64,000 nt of DNA, from the NCBI RefSeq assembly GCF_006345805.1, contig NC_043002.1:91078001-91142000 (forward strand), given 5' to 3'. Every line of letters begins with the position of its first letter. Within the stretch, counting starts at the first letter, position 1. Of this stretch, positions 1 to 14,380 are shown piece after piece. The translations under genes were made by a program, and so were the position numbers. The DNA is from Octopus sinensis (taxonomy: Eukaryota). The notes beneath the pieces were generated by a model. The model was not told the DNA's origin, did no database searches, and saw only the letters and a program-made list of their open reading frames with translations.

Positions 1-1402
1 TTATGATGTTGGTTTGTTTATGTCTCCATATTTTAGTAGTTTGCTAAAAGAGATGAATGGAATAAGTACTAGACTTAAAAAAAAAGTAAAATGAAGTGCT
101 GAGGTTAATTTTGTTTCACAAAAGCCCTTCAAGGTATATACATACATGTGTGTGTGTGTGTGTGTGTGTGTATGCATGTATATATATATATGTATATATA
201 TATCACTTGACTGGTCTCATGCCAGTGGTATGCAAAAAGCACCATTCAAGTAGTTTTCTATGGCTGGATTTGTTTATGGTGTTGGTTTGTTTATGTCCCC
301 ATATTTTAGTAGTTTGCTAAAAGAGATGAACGGAATAAGTACTAGACTTTAAAAAAAAGTAAAATGAAGTGCTGAGGTTAATTTTGTTTCACAAAAGCCC
401 TTCAAGGTGGTACCTTAACCTTGCCATAGACCAATGACTGCAACGAGTAAAAGGTATAAGACAAGTTTTCAGTATACAATGAAAAAATAAATTACTCCTG
501 ATGATGAACGGAGACAGAAAGCAGAAGCTGGAACTACATAAAGTCAGTAGTTCCAACAAACATACAATACTCACTGACATAAGGCTGTATAGTATGTGTG
601 CACAATAAGGAAAGTAATGTGCATTCAATAATGAAAACATTTGTATAGTACTGTTTCACTTTCTGGAAATTTTAAATGCTTTTTCTGCAATTTTTTAAAG
701 ATAAAATATATTTGTATGCTTATTTTTTTAAGTGTATGGACATCATTTGAATTTAAGTATATGGACATCATTTCAATTGAAAACATTGTGAGGAAGTGAA
801 TGAGTATTCACACATTTTGTATCTCCTTATTTTAATTCTCCCACACTGTTTTTTTCCACATGAATTCTCTTTTCTCTGTCCGCAAGTCTTGCTCACTCTC
901 TGAGTTGAAGGAGGTGGAATAGTTACTCCACTCTCATAATCCGCTAATTCATTAAGGGATTACAAGACTTTTCTTTATAATGTATATACATCTCTATGTA
1001 TAAAAAGTTTTATTTCTATGTAAATATCTAAGTGTTCTTGTGTGTTGTGGATAACCTAGTGACAAACATATTGCAGTGTGTGCATCTGTGTGTATATGTG
1101 TTGGGTAATCTGTTGACTGATATATATATAGTCCTCTGTATATGTTTGCCTGCATGTGATTTGTAAAAGAGCAAAGCTTCTCCTGCACATTACTGGAAGG
1201 ATTGCATTCTTGGGAGTTTTTAAGTGATGGATGAATTCCATACAACACAATTTATCTTCCTATTGACTTTCATGTTATCAGTTGCAATGCATTTCTACAG
1301 AATTTTTATGATAAATAAACAAACGTCAAAAATTTAACATTTCTATAAGCATTCTAGATTTTCTGTGTCTGTAACCCTGTGAGTGCAGTGTAAGCCTCTT
1401 GA

Positions 1403-1466
<64 letters not shown>

Positions 1467-1627
1467 TATTATATATGTTTGTGTGTGTGTATATATAATA
1501 TATATATGTATATATATGTATATATAATATATATATATTATATATATATATTATATTATATATATATATATATACAAATTCCTCTATCGAGGTCTCTTCT
1601 TTCTTTTGTTATCTTACCGTTTTACCA

Positions 1628-1658
<31 letters not shown>

Positions 1659-2244
1659 TTGTCTATCTGCCTGTCAAATGATGTATATACTGAACTTAGT
1701 GTATACATTACATATATCGATGTATATATGTCTGTACAACTTTCTGTGTAAAGTCAATGTATTTGTAGAGGAACTGAAGACATTTTAAAAAGTGAAATAG
1801 TACTAACATATGTTTTGCATCTATTTTTCTCATCTCTTTATTTTCCCCACACTATCCTTTTCTCTCGCAACATTCTACTTCTCTTATCGCTCAGCCTTAG
1901 TCAGAGGATCCCTGTAATTCTGCATGTGCTGTGTGTGGACTTTGATCTATTGACCTCCTTCACCGTTTTTTTCTTTCACTTTATAGATCCCTCATCAGTT
2001 CTCCTTATCAGCCTGAAACTTCCCCATGAAGCCTCCCCACACACACACACACTCTTTTGTTTTCTTTGTCACATTCTACGTTTCTTTTTTTTTTTATTTC
2101 ATGGTCTTTACATCTGTGGCTGCATGCAATAGAACTTAGAACTTTTAGATTAGTTTCTGATGGGACACATACACTCAGATTTACTGCAAATTCATATAGT
2201 GATATACACTGATGCATGCATGTGCATGCACACGCATGCACACA

Positions 2245-2327
<83 letters not shown>

Positions 2328-2424
2328 GTGTGTGTCTGTTTGAAGAGATCTGAGGAGATAAAGCATTGCACAGATCTGTTTCACAATCTATCCATGATAG
2401 ATATATAAGTTATAAAAGACCTAC

Positions 2425-3930
2425 CTCAGCACCCTGACATTGAAGAACTGAATAATAATTCTAATAAAGGGGAAGTCAAAATTTCTTTTAAACTGATTGA
2501 CTTAAGAAACCACATGAAGTGAAAGCATAGCAGTTATGGTTATTAAGCATGACTGGTATCCAGTGGCTGATTTTATGACCACACTACTAGTCAATATATG
2601 GAGTGACTCGCAGTTTCACAGGATTGGAGAGATGTTATATATGTTTCATTCTTCAAAGGAAATGGTACCCAATCCAATTGTGGTAACTTTGGTGGTATTT
2701 CATTACTGACAACTATGGGTAAGATATTTGTTAGACTTTGCTTGAAATGGCTGTTCCAGAGCCTTAACTGGATATGTTAGAAAGATTATGGATATGATCT
2801 TTAGCATCAGACAGTTGCAAGAGAGGTGAATGGAACAGAGACTTCCCTTTCACCAGGTTTTCATTGACCTAATTAAAACCTTTGAGACTGCAAATAGAAA
2901 TGCATAATGGTGATCCTTGGAAAAGTTGGAGTACCATCTAAAAGGCGGCAAGCTGGCAGAAACGTTAGCACACCGGGCGAAATGCGTAGTCGTGTTTTGT
3001 CTGCCGTTACGCTCTGAGTTCAAATTCCGCCGAGGTCCACTTTGCCTTTCATCCTTTCGGGGTCGATAAATTAAGTACCAGTTACGCACTGGGGTTGATG
3101 TAATCGACTTAATCCGTTTATCTGTCCTTGTTTGTCCCCTCTGTGTTTAGCCCCTTGTGGGAAGTAAAGAAATAGAAGTACCCATCTAAGTTTGTTGATT
3201 TAAAACAAGATTTATTTGTTCAGTAGTATGAAGGCCTACTTCAATTCAAATAGAGTTCTGTCAGAATTGATTCCAGTGTACAAAGGTGTTCAATAAGGAC
3301 ATATACTTGCTCCAGCTTTGTTCTCCGTCTACATTACAGTGGTGAGTGCTGATGCATTTAAGGACTGTGATTGAAGGGATTCTGTGACATCATAAAATAG
3401 TAACACTAGCACTGTTCATTAGAAACATCTCACACTGAACAAAAGCAAATGGTGGCTTTTAACCAGGAATAGTCACCTGCAGTTTGAGAAAATTCAAACT
3501 GCCCATCAAATAGTGAAAGGTAATACCCAAAAAGTGCAAGATGCTGAAGCTCTATGTAGTAGAAGATCCAGAGATAATCTCAGCTGTGCAGTCTGTGGTT
3601 TCATTACACTTTTGAAAGCTGGATTTTTTTTTACCCATGAAAGGTCATAAATCAGAGAACCAATGTAGGAAGCTTATACAAATTCTTCCCCAACAACATC
3701 AGCAAAGCAATGCTGTCTTTTATGCCAAAATAAATACTCAAGGCCACAACTACTGTTGATGTGATTCGTGTGCACATTAGAGCTATGTTTGACATAAAAC
3801 GTTTTAAACAAAACCATGGATAAGTAGTCATCTGAGAGCCCATGTAAGAACTACTATCAAACTTGTTACAGGCATATACCTGCAATAAAAAAGTCATTAT
3901 GCTCAGAGTTAAGGAGGTAACAACTACCAT
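2425..3930 (+). pseudogene. Decayed RTE-clade (BovB-like) LINE reverse transcriptase
   Basis: Broken-frame RT motifs: QDWRD...GNFGGISLLTTMGKIF, MDMIFSIRQLQE...FIDLIKTFETANR, GVQ*GHILAPALFSVY. Interrupted by a SINE at 2941-3176. Confidence 0.75.
2941..3176 (+). mobile_element. tRNA-derived SINE, family S2 (ggcggcgagctggcagaaacgttagc head), young copy
   Basis: Multi-copy in the window with a B-box-like gagttcaaattcc. Flanked by a near-identical TSD, agtaccatcta (2930-2940) / agtacccatcta (3177-3188). Confidence 0.85.
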
Positions 3931-4101
3931 ATACACATATATACACATTTATCCTATCATTGTATTAATTATAAAACTGATGTATAGCATGTAACTGCAA
4001 CTGTCACTGGATCCTGTATCACATGTAACTGCATTCAAAAGGTGTTATTGTTTGGGGACATAAGACATGAGCCAAGCAATCTTCTGTACTAGAAAATAAG
4101 T

Positions 4102-4713
4102 TTAACCCTTTGCATTCAGGTTTCTTTGTCAAATGTGATGCTTATTTATTCACATTGTTTTGTAGCTTCAAAATTTCAAAAGGTATACTCTTTTACTTGT
4201 TTCAGTCATTTGACTGCGGCCATGCTGGAGCACCGCCTTTAATCGAGCAACTCGACCCTGGGACTTATTCTTTTGTAAGCCCAATACTTATTCTATCGGT
4301 CTCTTTTGCCGAACCACTAAGTAACGGGGACGTAAACACACCAGCATCGGTTGTCAAGCAATGCTAGGGGGACAAACACAGACACACAAACATACACGCA
4401 CACACATTATATATATACATATATACGATGGCCTTCTTTCAGTTTCCGTCTACCAAATCCACTCACAAGGCATTGGTCGGCCCGGGGCTATAGCAGAAGA
4501 CACTTGCCCAAAGTGCCATGCAGTGGGACTGAACCCGGAACCATGTGGTTGGTTAGCAAGCTACTTACCACACAGCCACTCCTGCACCTATGTTTGATTA
4601 TTTTTAGAATGATATTGTAGGGTAAATGTGAGAGATTGGATCTGGTCAGTTTTAGCATAAAACAAATAGAATATTTGGACCAGATATGGCCAGATTTAAT
4701 GCTAAAGAGTTAA
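4102..4713. mobile_element. TTAA-flanked MITE (piggyBac/Kolobok-like ends) with a nested SINE
   Basis: Ends TTAAccctttgcatt ... aatgctaaagagTTAA; an S1 SINE is inserted internally. Confidence 0.7.
4187..4591 (-). mobile_element. SINE family S1 (aggcgcaggagtggctgtgtggtaag head, central TA/TG microsatellite, aaaagagt tail)
   Basis: Full-length copy homologous to more than 12 others in the window. Confidence 0.85.
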
Positions 4714-5164
4714 CATCAGTATAGAAAGATTTCCTTTGTAAAAGACTTCCTGTTTGCACACTGTGTATTTTATTTGTTATTTGTTCAGTGAATTTCTTCA
4801 GATTTTCTCCTCACTTCAACTTTTGAGCATCATGGTAAATATACCTCAGATAGTTGGTATCAGTGATATTATTTATTAATGGTTTATTTATTAGTATTTA
4901 TTAGTGATTTAATTATTTAATTTGAGTAAAAGAGCTTGGACTTGGAGAATGTAATCAATGCTATTTTCAATCATCAATGCACACCAGCAATCTAAGTTGT
5001 AGCGGAATTTATCATTTCTAAATCGGAGCTGAGTAATCACGCAGCTGTTCATTGCATTGATGCTTTCATTAGAGATGTGGGCCCCAACAAAACAAAACCA
5101 CCACACTTAGAAGTAAGACCCTTTAAGCATTTTCTTCAATATTTTTCTGAAGAAATTTCTATTT

Positions 5165-5590
5165 CAAGTGCTGGCATGGTTACATGGTAAGAAGTTTGCT
5201 TCTCAACAACATGGTTCTGGATTCAGTCCAATTGTATGGTACCTAGATCAGGTCCCATTATTCGAATCCATTGTATGGTATAATAAGATAGTCCCATTGT
5301 ATGGTCCTCTGGACCAACTAAAGCCTTGAGAGCAGATTTAGTTGATGGAAACTGAAAGAAGCTAGTCATATGTGTGTGTCTGTGTTTGTGTCTTTGTGTT
5401 TGTCTCCACCATCACTTGACAACTGGTGTTGGTTTGTTTATGTTCCCATAACTTAGCAGGTCAGCATAAGAGATTGATATAATAATTACCAGGTTTAAAA
5501 AAAAGTACTGGAGTCAAATCATTCATGTAAAACCATTCGAGGCAGTACTCCTGGATGGCCACACACCAATAATTGAAACAAGTAAAAGGT
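5165..5590 (+). mobile_element. Degenerate S1 SINE
   Basis: Diverged, CpG-depleted homology to the S1 head, middle and tail. Confidence 0.65.
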
Positions 5591-5728
5591 AGGAAAAAAC
5601 GTCAAGATACAAGATGAGATGTTTATTACATCAATGGAGGAGATAAGGAGACATCACAGAATGCCTTTTCTGATGGAAGTTGCGAGAAATCAGAAACCAG
5701 CATCCAGGAATTGAGATCTTGTAAAAAT

Positions 5729-6010
<282 letters not shown>

Positions 6011-7011
6011 GATTGATATCAAAATAAACAATAAGATATCAAGCGGCCATGCAGTATGATCATTTCATGTAGCTCTATTTAATTGAACAATGCAATCATT
6101 ACATCAATTTAAATGCAGGGCTATCCTCAGCTGCATAAATAAATAGAATTTTTAATCAGTTGGACACATTAATATAATTTTACTGAAATTCTCTAATAGA
6201 GCAAGAAGAGGGAAAGAGTCCATGTTGCTACTAATGTACCTAAGAATATACTACACTTCTAAAAACTTTATGAAGTTTGTTAGGGTCATAGCTTGTAAAG
6301 GATTGTGGTTCATTTTTAATTTATTAGTCTTTTTTATCAACTACCAAATCTAAGGCTAGAGGACAGTGTCTGTTTACAATGGATAGACAGAGTGAGTTGA
6401 CAGTTTATAGTTGGGTATAGTCATAAATTTTAGGAAATGTATAAGTAATTGTCTATAAAGGAGGGTGGGTACAGGAAGACCCTAAATCAAGATGTTCATT
6501 ACCAGTTAAAGGGGCAAGACGCTCATAAAATCTATGATGTTAATACAAAGGAAATTATCATGAGGTACAATGTATGATTGTATATAAAGAATATTGTTAT
6601 GTTGTATGAAGGAAAAATTTAAGATGACTAAAATTGATGTTATAACCTGAACAGGTAAACTGTGTATATATACCAATTTTCAACATTAGAAAGGGGAAGT
6701 TTACATAGAATTAGTTTAATATTCATTCCTGTACTTAATTATTAACTTATAATGTGGTTTCTATAAAGATTGCTCTGGGTATTTACTTATGGAATACTGG
6801 GGCAATAAATCATACTATCTTTATATTAATTATAAGCTATGAATCAGAAAAAAACAAAAACTCAATTGAAACGGTTGTACTGCATCACCTCCTGTTGCTT
6901 ATTTTGATTTTATTCACCTTAATTTGAATTGTACAGATAATACCATACTGACTTGGTTGCTTCAACTTAAGTGCCTAATTCAACTGAATCTAAACTATTT
7001 CTTATATACTC

Positions 7012-7788
7012 TTTACTCTTTTACTCTTTTACTTGTTTCAGTCTTTTGTCTGCGGCCATGCTGGAGCACCGCCTTTAATCGAGCAACTCGACTCCGGGAC
7101 TTATTCTTTTGTAATCCCAGTACTTATTCTATCGGTGTCTTTTTGCCAAACCGCTAGATTACGGGGACGTAAACACACCAGCATCGGTTGTCAAACAATG
7201 CTAGTGGGACAAACACAGACACACAAACACACACACATATACATCATCATCATCATCGTTTAACGTCCGCTTTCCATGCTAGCATGGGTTGGACGGTTCA
7301 ACTGGGGTCTGGCAAGCCCGAAGGCTGCACCAGGCCAGTCAGATCTGGCAGTGTTTCTACAGCTGGATGCCCTTCCATATACATATAAAGCGGCGAGCTG
7401 GCAGAAACGTTAGCATGTCGGGCGAAATGCGTAGCCGTATTTCGTCTGCCGTTACGTTCTGAGTTCAAATTCCGCCGAGGTCGACTTTGCCTTTCATCCT
7501 TTCGGGGTCGATAAATTAAGTACCAGTTATGCACTGGGGTCGAGGTAATCGACTTAATCCCTTTGTCTGTCCTTGTTTGTCTCCTCTGTGTTTAGCCCCT
7601 TGTGGGTAGTAAAGAAATATATACATATATACGACAGGCTTCTTTCAGTTTCCGTCTACCAAATCCACTCACAAGACTTTGGTCGGCCCGGGGCTATAGT
7701 AGCAGACACTTGCCCAAGATGCCACGCAGTGGGACTGAACCCGGAACCATGTGGTTGGTTAGCAAGCTACTTACCACACAGCCACTCT

Positions 7789-7790
<2 letters not shown>
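7012..7790 (-). mobile_element. S1 SINE with an RTE-tail fragment (7242-7376, -) and an S2 SINE (7389-7618, +) nested in its central microsatellite
   Basis: S1 3' half at 7012-7241 and 5' half at 7620-7790 flank the two inserts. Confidence 0.8.
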
Positions 7791-7850
<60 letters not shown>

Positions 7851-8682
7851 CTTGTTTGAACCCCATCACTGCTTGACAACTTTTGTTGGTGTGTTTACGT
7901 CTCTGTAACTTAGTGGTTCGAGAAAAGAAACTGATAGAATAAGTACCAGGTTCTAAAAAACAAAAAAAAAATAATAATAAGTGCAGAGATCAATACATTC
8001 AACTAAAAAATTTTCAAGGCGATGCTCCAGCATAGCCACAGTCTAATGACTGAAACAAGTAAAAGATAAAAAAAAAAGGATGTGAAAATATCTACATTTT
8101 ATGAATTACCTATATTATCAATATACCTGAGCAGGTGACAGTGACATCACAACAAGTAAAAATCAACAACAATAGATAAAATCCATATTCTCAATATACA
8201 TAAAAAAAAATCATTATATCTTATCAATAAGTTTTGAAATTCATGCAATATTTATATCTTTATTGATTTTACTGAACTAACTGAAAATCTCTAGTTTCTC
8301 ACAGGTTTGAGAGATTTCTAGTGATTCTCACCAGAGAATTCTCAGTATTACAAAGATTTAAGAGTTAATTTGTCTAATCAGTGAATTAAATTCATACAAA
8401 TAACTGTTTCCATTCGCTCTCACATTCACCTTACGTATCTCCAATAGATATTCTAGAAGTTCTCTCCCTTCTCTCCTTTATTATTATTTTTTTTTGTTTA
8501 ATCTTCATTAACACTAATGGCTTTTCATCTCATTACAATTATAATTTCAGTTGATTCAAAATTGTCTTTAGCTCACCATCATAAATATGTTAGACTGCAC
8601 AATATGTTCTTCACTCAGAAGGTACCATTAGTGTGCTTTCCCACTACACCTGACCCCTGCCACACTGATATATGAATTGTTG

Positions 8683-8714
<32 letters not shown>

Positions 8715-8827
8715 TTCTCTCTCAGGGTGTTTTGTCAAGAAATCCCATCTAACCCATGCAAGCATGGAAATTTTCACATTATAAAGATGATATATCTATA
8801 CATATATATATTTATACATACATACAT

Positions 8828-9300
8828 ACATCATCATCATCATCATTGTTTAACGTCTGCTTTCCATGCTAGCATGTGTTGGATAACTTGATTGAGGACT
8901 GCCGAACTAGATGGCTGCACCAGGCTCCATTCTGATCTGGAAGAGTTTCTACAGCTGGATACCCTTCCTAATGCCAACCACTCCGAGAGTGTAGTGAGTG
9001 CTTTTATGTTCCACTGGTATGAGGGCCAGTCAGGCAGTACTGGCAACAGCCACACTCAAATGGTGTTTTTACATGTCACCTGCACAGGAGCCAGTCCAGC
9101 AGCACTGGCAATGACCTTGCTCAAATGATTTTTCACATGCCACCAGCATTTTACACACTACCGGCATTTTTACATACCACCGGCATGAAAGCCAGTCAGC
9201 TGCTCTGGCAACGATCACGTGTGGATGCTGCTCTTAGTGCTCACTGGCACGAGTGCCAGTCATCGACTTCGATTCGAATTTGATTTCACTTACCTCAACA
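8828..9300 (-). mobile_element. S3 element (RTE 3'-UTR-like, (GAT)n tail, aggaagggcatccagctgtagaaac motif)
   Basis: Its 3' end matches the end of the RTE relic at 41790-42160. Confidence 0.7.
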
Positions 9301-9410
9301 GGTCTTCGTGTATATATATATAATATATATATATAATATATATATATATATATTATATATAGATATATATATATATATATATTATATATATTTAAGTAGG
9401 TGAATGAATT

Positions 9411-9492
9411 ATCCTATGATGAGAAGATTGCATAATGTACCTTTTATTCTTTCGGAATAAAAATATGCTGTCTTTGAAACATATGTCGAGAG
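9411..9492 (+). ncRNA. Decayed type I hammerhead ribozyme in a PLE-type terminal module
   Basis: AUGAUGA (C3A), stem II GAAGA/UCUUU, GAAAC-AUAU-GUC. Same family as 21546-21628; flanked by (TA)n. Confidence 0.55.
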
Positions 9493-9777
9493 TAAAGGAA
9501 TTTTGTTAACATCTTCGTTCGACTCCATTCTTTCATTCATTCATATATATATATATTGATATGTATATATATATATATATATATCAGATATATATATATA
9601 TATATCAGCATCATCATCATCACTATCATATTAACATCCATGTTCCAAACTAGCATGGGTGGGATATTTGCTACATATATCATTTTGTCTCTCAATCAAT
9701 ATAGAGTATCTTAAATGTATAGCAGAGCTGTTAATCAGTACTGAGAACTTTGGTTCAATCAATATGTAAGGTCTAAA

Positions 9778-9990
9778 AGGCAAGCGAGCTGGCAGAAATG
9801 TTAGCATACCAGGTGAAATGCCTAGCGGTATTTCGTCTGTCTTTACATTCTGAGTTCAAATTCTGCCGAGGTCAACTTTGTCTTTCATCCTTTCGGGGTT
9901 GATAAATTAAGTACCAGTTGTATACTGGGGTCAGTCTAATCGATTGGCCCCCTCCCCCAAATTTTGGGCCTTGCACCTAGAGTAGAAAAG
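9778..9990 (+). mobile_element. S2 SINE, tail variant b (gccttgcacctagagtagaaaagg)
   Basis: S2 head homology, CpG-decayed. Confidence 0.75.
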
Positions 9991-10019
9991 GATTTATTTA
10001 TACATACATATATATTATA

Positions 10020-10058
<39 letters not shown>

Positions 10059-10329
10059 TATATTATATATATATATGTATATATACATCATCATCATCAT
10101 CATCATTTAACGTCCATGTTTCAAGCTAGTATGGGTGGGATGATTTAACAGGATCTGATGTGTCCAAGGATTGCATTCAGTTCTAATGTTAGCTTTGGCA
10201 AGATTTTCACAATGTTTATCAAATACATGCAAAGGGATGATGAGAAGTACTGTGAGAGAGGTGGGCAAAGCAGGTTCCTGCCCCTCATCTTTGTGTATGT
10301 GTATGTGTGTGTATGTGTGTGTGTATGTG

Positions 10330-10545
10330 TGTGTGTTTGCTGTTTGTTCCTTCTCAAGCCATGCCTGGCTCATAAGGGCCGGTTTTCCGGTTTCCTTGGC
10401 GTATAGGTTCCCCACCTGGACGGGACGCCGGTCCATCACAGGTGAGCTGCAAGATGCAGGAGGAAAGAGAGAGAGAAAGTTGTGGCGAAAGAGTCAGCAG
10501 AAATTCGCCATTACCTTCTGCCAGAGCCGTGTGGAACTTAGGTAC
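10330..10545 (-). mobile_element. SINE homologous to 58635-58920 (family S4b), 5'-truncated
   Basis: Reverse complement matches cctgcgacggaccggcgtcccgtccaggtgggaacctatacgccaag. Confidence 0.75.
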
Positions 10546-10585
10546 AGACACACACACACGCACACACACACACACACACACACAC

Positions 10586-10656
<71 letters not shown>

Positions 10657-11083
10657 TACATAAACACATACATACATGGTTTAGAGGACTTGTATCTGTG
10701 ATACTAACAAATACAGAATTTGTGAGACAGAATTGCATGTCCCTTTATACATAAAAACTACAGCAACTGTAGCATCAGCTGCTTTAGTTCTGCAGGGACC
10801 TGTCCTCATGTCACAGACATATTTCTCTGACACCATATAACAGAGATACAATAAGGAATTACTCTAGCTTATTTGCCGGTTGTTTAATATTTTACTATCA
10901 TCTCCCACCTATAGACATCCAGGAATTACTGACTGCAGATGATAGTTAAATGGTTGCGAAGGTTGGATGTAGTGGGTAGGCTATGAAAGTAAACCCAGCA
11001 CCTCTGCTCCATGTGGAATATTAATTGCATGGTCTGTTGCACATTAATTCCTTTTTCTGACACCACTCTAAGTAAGGCAGACT

Positions 11084-11084
<1 letters not shown>

Positions 11085-11118
<34 letters not shown>

Positions 11119-12240
11119 TACTACTACTAACACTATTACCACCACAACCACTGCCACTACTATTATTAATACTACTACTACCACCACCACCACCACCACC
11201 ACCATCATCACTATTACTACTACTACTACTACCTTCACTACGACCACCATCATGACAACAATCACTGCCACTACTACCATTACTAATACGATGATTACTA
11301 CTACTACTACTATTACTACCACCACCACCACCACTATTACTATTACTTCTACAACGACAACCATCACAACTACCTCTACGACCATTACTACTACTACCAC
11401 TACAACTACCACAAAGACAACCACTGCCACCCACTACTATTACCACCACCACCACTACTACTACTACCACCACCACCATTACCACTACAAACATTGCCAC
11501 TACAAACATTGCCACTGCTACTACTACTACTACTGCTACTGCTGCTGCTGCTGCTGCTAATACAACTACCACCACCACCATCACAATTGCCACTATTACT
11601 GTTACAACTACACCCACACCATTACAATAACAACTACTACAACATCAATACCACTGCAGCAACTACCACCACTAAAACAACTACTGCTGCAACAACTACT
11701 ACTGTACCAGCAGCATTAACACTACAACTACTATTACAGCAGTACCATATAATAAATACCACTCCTACTGCAACACCTACTATTATACAATGACACCTAC
11801 ACCACCACAAACGCTACTAATGCCATCGCTACCACCTCCATCTGTACCATCACCAACACCACAACTGCATCACACCTATCACTACCACTACCAATACCAT
11901 CATCACCGCTACCACCATAACCTCTCCGATCATCACCATAACTACCACTATCTACCACCACAACCTCTACCATCATAACCACCACCACCACCACCACTAT
12001 CATCACTACTGCCACCATCATTACCACCACTACTTTAAACCACCACTACCACTAATGCTTATACTACCAACACCTAAACTATCGCCATCACAACCATCAA
12101 TGCCACCATTTAGGGTACCAGCACCACCGCCAATATCACCAACAACAATACCACCACCACCACCACCACCACCAATACCACCACCGCCATCAGCAGCACT
12201 TAAACCACTGACACATCATTCACATCATTACTATAACAGT
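11085..12240. repeat. About 1.15-kb mosaic of ACT/ACC/AAC/ATC/GCT trinucleotides
   Basis: Directly visible; source of the poly-V/T/H pseudo-ORFs. Confidence 0.9.
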
Positions 12241-12427
12241 GTGTGCTGCTGGGCATTTCATTTTAGTATCAATAGATGTTAATTACCACCAAGAATCTGT
12301 TAATGTAATAGAGAGGGAGGTATTAGAGTGGTAGTGTGGAGTGATTAGAGAGAGAGAGAGAGGGTGGTTATAGAGACTGGTGGTGTGGAGTGGATCAGTT
12401 TGGTTGAAGAGAATGAGGGGAGAAGAA

Positions 12428-12471
<44 letters not shown>

Positions 12472-12539
12472 TTATGCACTTAGATATAATTCATAGTTAT
12501 CTATACATCTCCTGGTGACAGAGTATATGTGTGTGTTGA

Positions 12540-12611
12540 CAATATTCAATATATATAATATATATACATATATATGTATATATATACATACACATATATG
12601 TATGTATGTAT

Positions 12612-12647
<36 letters not shown>

Positions 12648-12694
12648 CATACATATATATGTATATATTATATATATATATATATACATACATA

Positions 12695-12755
<61 letters not shown>

Positions 12756-12818
12756 CATACATATATGTATATATATATATATGTTTATATATATATGTAT
12801 ATATATATATGTATGTAT

Positions 12819-12871
<53 letters not shown>

Positions 12872-12935
12872 ATATATATATATGTATATATATGTATATA
12901 TATATGTATGTGTGTGTGTATGTATATATGTATGT
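12540..12935. repeat. Interrupted (TA)n/(TG)n microsatellite
   Basis: Directly visible. Confidence 0.9.
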
Positions 12936-13169
12936 ATAACTGGCTATGTAGTATGAAGACAATAAACACTAAATATTGCTCTGTATCACTGAGTTCTTTC
13001 TCATTGAAACTTTCATGCACACTCATTCTTATATGCATAAGTAAATGTGTATATGTGTATATGTTATAGTATATTGGTTGATGTCTATATATATGTTTCT
13101 TTTTGATGTCACATTTTCTGTGTGCATTCCTAAAAGACGTTTTGTGTATATATGTTTGTATGTGTGCGT

Positions 13170-13532
13170 GTATACATACGTACATACATACATACGTATG
13201 TACATACATACATACATACGTACGTACATACATACATACATACGTACATACATACGTACATACATATGTACATACATACATACATACATATGTACATACA
13301 TACATACATACATACGTACATACGTACATACATACGTACATACGTACATACATACATACATACATACGTACATACATACGTACATACATATGTACATACA
13401 TATGTACATACATACGTACATACATACGTACATACGTACATACATACATACGTACATGCATACATACATATGTACATGCATACATACATACGTACATACA
13501 TACTACATACATACATACATACATACATACAT
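13170..13532. repeat. (CATA)n with CGTA/TGTA variant units
   Basis: Directly visible; source of the 366-aa YVCM pseudo-ORF. Confidence 0.9.
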
Positions 13533-13805
13533 TCCTGGACCGAGCTATGTGTTGTGTTCTTGAGCAAGACACTTTATTTCACATTACTCCAGTTCACTCA
13601 GCTGTAGAAATGAGTTGCAACATCACTGGAGCCAAACTATATTGGCCAATGCCTTTCCCTGGATAACATTGGTGGTGTGAAGAGGGTAGGCTGGAATGCA
13701 TGGGTGACTACTGGTCTTCCATAAACCACTTTGCCTAGATTTGTACCACGGAGGGTAATTTCTAGGTGCAATCCCATGGTCATTCATAACCGAAGGGGGC
13801 CTTTA
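13533..13805 (+). mobile_element. S4 SINE, 5'-truncated (ttgagcaagacactttatttcac body)
   Basis: Homologous to 23380-23930 and 63920-64000. Confidence 0.75.
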
Positions 13806-13811
13806 TCTTAT

Positions 13812-14195
13812 AGGAATGATTGTGTGGTAAGTAGCTTGCTTATCAACCACATGGTTCCGGGTTCAATCCCACTGCATGGCACCTTGGTCAAATGTCTTCT
13901 ACTATAGCCTTGGACTGACCAAAGCCTTGTGAGTGGATTTGGTAGATGGAAAATGAAAGAATCTCGTCGTATATATATATATGTATATATGTATGTGTGC
14001 ATATGTATACGTTTGTATGTCTCTGTTTGTCCCCCCCTCCACATTATTTCACACTATAGCAGTTCGGCAAAAGAGACCGACAGAATAAGTACTAGGCTTA
14101 CAAAGAACAAGTCCTGGGGTTGATTTGCTCGACTAAAGGTGGTGCTCCAGCATGGCCATAGTCAAATGACTGAAACAAGTAAGACAGTAAAGAGT
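13812..14195 (+). mobile_element. S1 SINE
   Basis: Head, central microsatellite and tail are all present. Confidence 0.8.
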
Positions 14196-14380
14196 ATATC
14201 TATATATAAATATAATCATGCCAAGGACCCTTTAAGGGATGTTTACATCCTAGTTCACCAGTGTTTGGTGAAAAACTAAATATGTTAGTTTTGCATTGAT
14301 GTATATTGGTATTAGCAATATTTATGAATCAGAAAAAGAAGAAAATGTAGAAATTGATATATAGACAACTCTTTTCTGGA

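Noticed and set aside
498-525. CTGATGA...GAAA motif
   Set aside because: No stem II or stem I pairing. Similar chance hits at about 1993, 33487, 51680, 53810 and 63670 were also rejected.
11021-12282. Poly-Val/Thr/His/Pro ORFs
   Set aside because: Trinucleotide mosaic with no splice signals or domain motifs recognised.
12472-13666. Long ORFs (366, 187, 172 aa) rich in Y/V/C/M/I/H/T
   Set aside because: Translations of (TA)n and (CATA)n microsatellites.
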